From the NCBI GenBank assembly GCA_000092065.1, contig CP000585.1: a stretch of DNA of 64,000 nt. One strand, 5' to 3'. Shown one piece after another: positions 61,757-64,000 of this stretch. Made by a program: the position numbers and the translations under genes. Positions within the stretch are counted from its first letter, which is position 1. Every line of letters starts with the position of its first letter. The notes beneath the pieces were generated by a model. That model was given only the letters and a program-made list of their open reading frames with translations. It searched no databases and had not been told where the DNA came from. The stretch is from Ostreococcus lucimarinus (lineage: Eukaryota).

Positions 61757-63010
61757 ATGCCTGCCCCCCTCCCCGCCCCTCGCCTCGCCCTCGTCGTCCT
61801 CACTTTCGCCGCCGCGTTCGCGTGTTACATCGACCGCGTCGGCTTCCCGATCGTGTACACCGCCATCGCGCGCGACGCTTGGATTCCGAAGACGATTCAA
61901 GGCTCGGTGCACTCGGCATTTTACAATGGATACACCGCCACGCAAGTCCCAGGAGGCGCGCTGGCGACGCGAATCGGCGGACAAAAGGTCATCGTGTGGG
62001 CGTTCGCGCTGTGGGGACTGATGAGCGCGCTCACGCCGAGCGATGGAAGCCGAACGAGGGCGATTTGGTGGTGCCGCGTCGGCGTCGGCGGCGCGATGGG
62101 GACGGTGTTCCCGTCGATGCACTCGATGCTGGCGCAAGCGATCCCGACGCAGGAAAGAAATCGAGCGGTGAGTTTTATGACGAGTGGGATGTATTTTGGC
62201 AGCGCGTTCGCGATGGTGGCGGTGCCGGTGGCGATGCGATTGGGCGGCGCGGCGTTCGCGACGACGGCGACGGGGTGTTGCGCGTTCGCGTGGTTGCTCG
62301 CGTGGAACGCGGTGAACGAGAAGATGTCGATCTTGCGGCCGTTTGAGGACACGACGGTGTTACCCGGGGCGATGGGGGCTAGGAAACCGCGCGGTACGCC
62401 GTGGGGGGGGTTGTTGACGTCGCCCGCGGTGCTGGTAATCATGTTGAACAACTTTACGTTTCATTACGCATTCTTCATTTTGATGTCGTGGATGCCGACG
62501 TTTTACGAGCAAAAGTTAGGACTCGACGCCGGGTCGTATACGTGGCTGAAGATGATACCGTACTTGGTCATGGGGACGTGTTCGAACGTCGGCGGGATCG
62601 TGGCGGACAAGATGATGTCGTCCAAGGCGTATTCGCCGACGTACGTGCGTAAATTATTGAACACTATCGGATTCGTCCTCGCGGCGTTGGCGCTATGGTC
62701 GTTGCCGCTGTGTACGAGCGTCGGCTCCGCCGCGTTCGTGAGCTCTATCGCTTTAGGCGCGCTCGCCGTCGCGCGCGGCGGTTACGCGGTGAACCACATG
62801 GACGTCGCCCCTCGACTGGCCGGCGTGCTCATGGGTATGAGCAACGGTTGCGGCGCTATGGCGGGCATGATCGGTCCTTGGTTCACGGGTTTAGTTTTAG
62901 ACACCGCTCGCGATCCTTGGGTCGCCGCGTTCAACATGCCCGGATATTTGTGCGTCGGCGGCGCTGCGGCGTACTTGAGATACGCCACGGCGGAGCAACT
63001 CTTCGATTAG
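61757..63010 (+). CDS. major facilitator superfamily transporter (SLC17/anion:cation symporter-like)
   Basis: 12 predicted TM segments; MFS signature loops (GxLADRxGxxKV-like GALATRIGGQKV; VNHMDVAPRLAG). Confidence 0.75.
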   Translation: MPAPLPAPRLALVVLTFAAAFACYIDRVGFPIVYTAIARDAWIPKTIQGSVHSAFYNGYTATQVPGGALATRIGGQKVIVWAFALWGLMSALTPSDGSRTRAIWWCRVGVGGAMGTVFPSMHSMLAQAIPTQERNRAVSFMTSGMYFGSAFAMVAVPVAMRLGGAAFATTATGCCAFAWLLAWNAVNEKMSILRPFEDTTVLPGAMGARKPRGTPWGGLLTSPAVLVIMLNNFTFHYAFFILMSWMPTFYEQKLGLDAGSYTWLKMIPYLVMGTCSNVGGIVADKMMSSKAYSPTYVRKLLNTIGFVLAALALWSLPLCTSVGSAAFVSSIALGALAVARGGYAVNHMDVAPRLAGVLMGMSNGCGAMAGMIGPWFTGLVLDTARDPWVAAFNMPGYLCVGGAAAYLRYATAEQLFD

Positions 63011-63091
63011 CATCACGCTTTGTAGTCAAACAATGCACGCGCGTTAGGAACCAAACGCCGTCGAACGTTTCAGACGCGCCCGTCGCGCGTC

Positions 63092-63457
63092 TCAGTGAAA
63101 GGAATAGTGCTTCTTTATCGCCTTCGTGACGTTCCACGTGCAAGACATGCCCGCGGGAAAAGTCGCGAGCGTTCCCGGCGTCAAGCGCACGGGCGCCGAT
63201 CCATCGTCCGGGGTCACGACGCACTCGCCCTCGATGACGTAGCAAGTCTCGCTCGAGCCGTACGTCCACGGGAACTCGCTCGCCTCGCACCCCCAGGTGG
63301 GCCAAGTCTTAGCCTTCGCGACGTCTTCGGCGCTCGGGGAGGCGTCGACGCGCGCTTCGGCGAGCGCGAACACGCGCGCGCATCGTCGATGATGCGCCCG
63401 ATGGCGTCGAGGGGCGAAAACGGCGGTGCGCGCGGTCGAGGTGGTGACGCACGTCAT
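63092..63457 (-). CDS. cupin-fold small protein (DUF861/cupin_3-like)
   Basis: CYVIEGECVVTPDDGSAPVRLTPGTLATFPAGMSCTWNV typical single-domain cupin. Confidence 0.5.
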   Translation of the reverse strand: MTCVTTSTARTAVFAPRRHRAHHRRCARVFALAEARVDASPSAEDVAKAKTWPTWGCEASEFPWTYGSSETCYVIEGECVVTPDDGSAPVRLTPGTLATFPAGMSCTWNVTKAIKKHYSFH

Positions 63458-63650
63458 CGCGAAGAAGAGGGACGAGCGCCGGCGAGTGCAGTTCGCGAAG
63501 TTTGTTACAACATTAAAGGTAAGGAGGGATTAAGGTACAGGAACGCTGCGTAAAAGAATGCGTTGCGCGCGCAAGAATTGTAGCTCGACGCGGAATCGTC
63601 GAAGCGCGATGCGTACGGCGTGCGAAGCAGCGCCTCGGCGCGGCTCGAGC

Positions 63651-64000
63651 TCACGCCGACTTCTGCTTCTTGACTCGGCCGTAAAGAATGACGCCGAAAA
63701 TCGCCAGGGCGGTGCCTATGATGTTCGTCGTGCTCACTGGATTACGGAAAATGATCACAGACGCGGCGATCACGGCGACGCGCTTGAGGGAGTTGCCGAC
63801 GCTGTGCGTCACGGGATTCACTCTCGAAAGCACCATGAAGCTCAGCTGCTGGTACAGTTGGAAGCAGAGCGCCGCCATGAAGAGATTTTTACCAGCCACC
63901 GCGAGCGGCATGCCGCCGGCGACGATACTAGCGACGTTCATCTTCGAGCTCTCAAACGCGAGCGCCAAGGGAAGCGCGAACACGGTCGACGCGATGGTGA
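63651..64000 (-). CDS. TPT/DMT-family sugar-phosphate or nucleotide-sugar transporter, C-terminal part (N-terminus beyond window)
   Basis: Hydrophobic helices ending ...NIIGTALAIFGVILYGRVKKQKSA, characteristic TPT-family C-terminus. Confidence 0.5.
   Translation of the reverse strand, partial: TIASTVFALPLALAFESSKMNVASIVAGGMPLAVAGKNLFMAALCFQLYQQLSFMVLSRVNPVTHSVGNSLKRVAVIAASVIIFRNPVSTTNIIGTALAIFGVILYGRVKKQKSA

Overview
This is GC-rich eukaryotic nuclear DNA, not a prokaryotic locus. It carries about 40 densely packed protein-coding genes on both strands, with intergenic gaps often under 100 bp. It contains a few short spliceosomal introns with GTGCG/GTACG donors, a CTGAC-type branch point and an AG acceptor. 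Selenoprotein machinery is present, and 3' ends show TGTAA-like signals. Gene content and composition suggest a Mamiellophyceae-like green alga such as Micromonas or Ostreococcus; that assignment is inference. I found no rRNA, tRNA, CRISPR array, transposase or reverse transcriptase.

Recognisable genes:
- Plastid-type: porphobilinogen deaminase, aspartate aminotransferase, plastid Mfd (transcription-repair coupling factor), dihydrodipicolinate synthase, 3-phosphoglycerate dehydrogenase (one intron), LIL/ELIP-like protein.
- Selenoprotein system: a glutathione peroxidase whose in-frame TGA the ORF track splits, a structurally plausible SECIS element in its 3'UTR, and the Sec-specific elongation factor eEFSec/SelB about 18 kb away.
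- Chromatin, RNA and membrane proteins: ribosomal protein L35 (uL29, RPL35), MPP10, an SNF2 remodeler, a PCIF1-like cap methyltransferase, an Nup42-like CCCH/FG nucleoporin, a cyclic-nucleotide-binding K+ channel, a CNNM transporter, an MFS transporter, a TBC Rab-GAP, a PX-domain protein, TRAP-alpha and p24.
- Mitochondrial: a DnaJ and a YebC/TACO1 gene arranged divergently.
- HORMA-domain protein, one intron.

Four domain architectures look most novel:
- a DUF89 (ARMT1 damage-control phosphatase) fused to fructose-1,6-bisphosphatase;
- an HhH-GPD/[4Fe-4S] DNA glycosylase fused to a J-domain and a CXXC-like zinc finger;
- an edge-truncated, low-GC NWD1-like DUF4062-NACHT STAND NTPase whose Walker-A lysine is replaced;
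- the selenoprotein GPX with its SECIS.

The ORF track omits edge-truncated ORFs, labels alternative start codons as M, and lists many long antisense ORFs. The antisense ORFs are artefacts of stop-codon depletion in GC-rich DNA.
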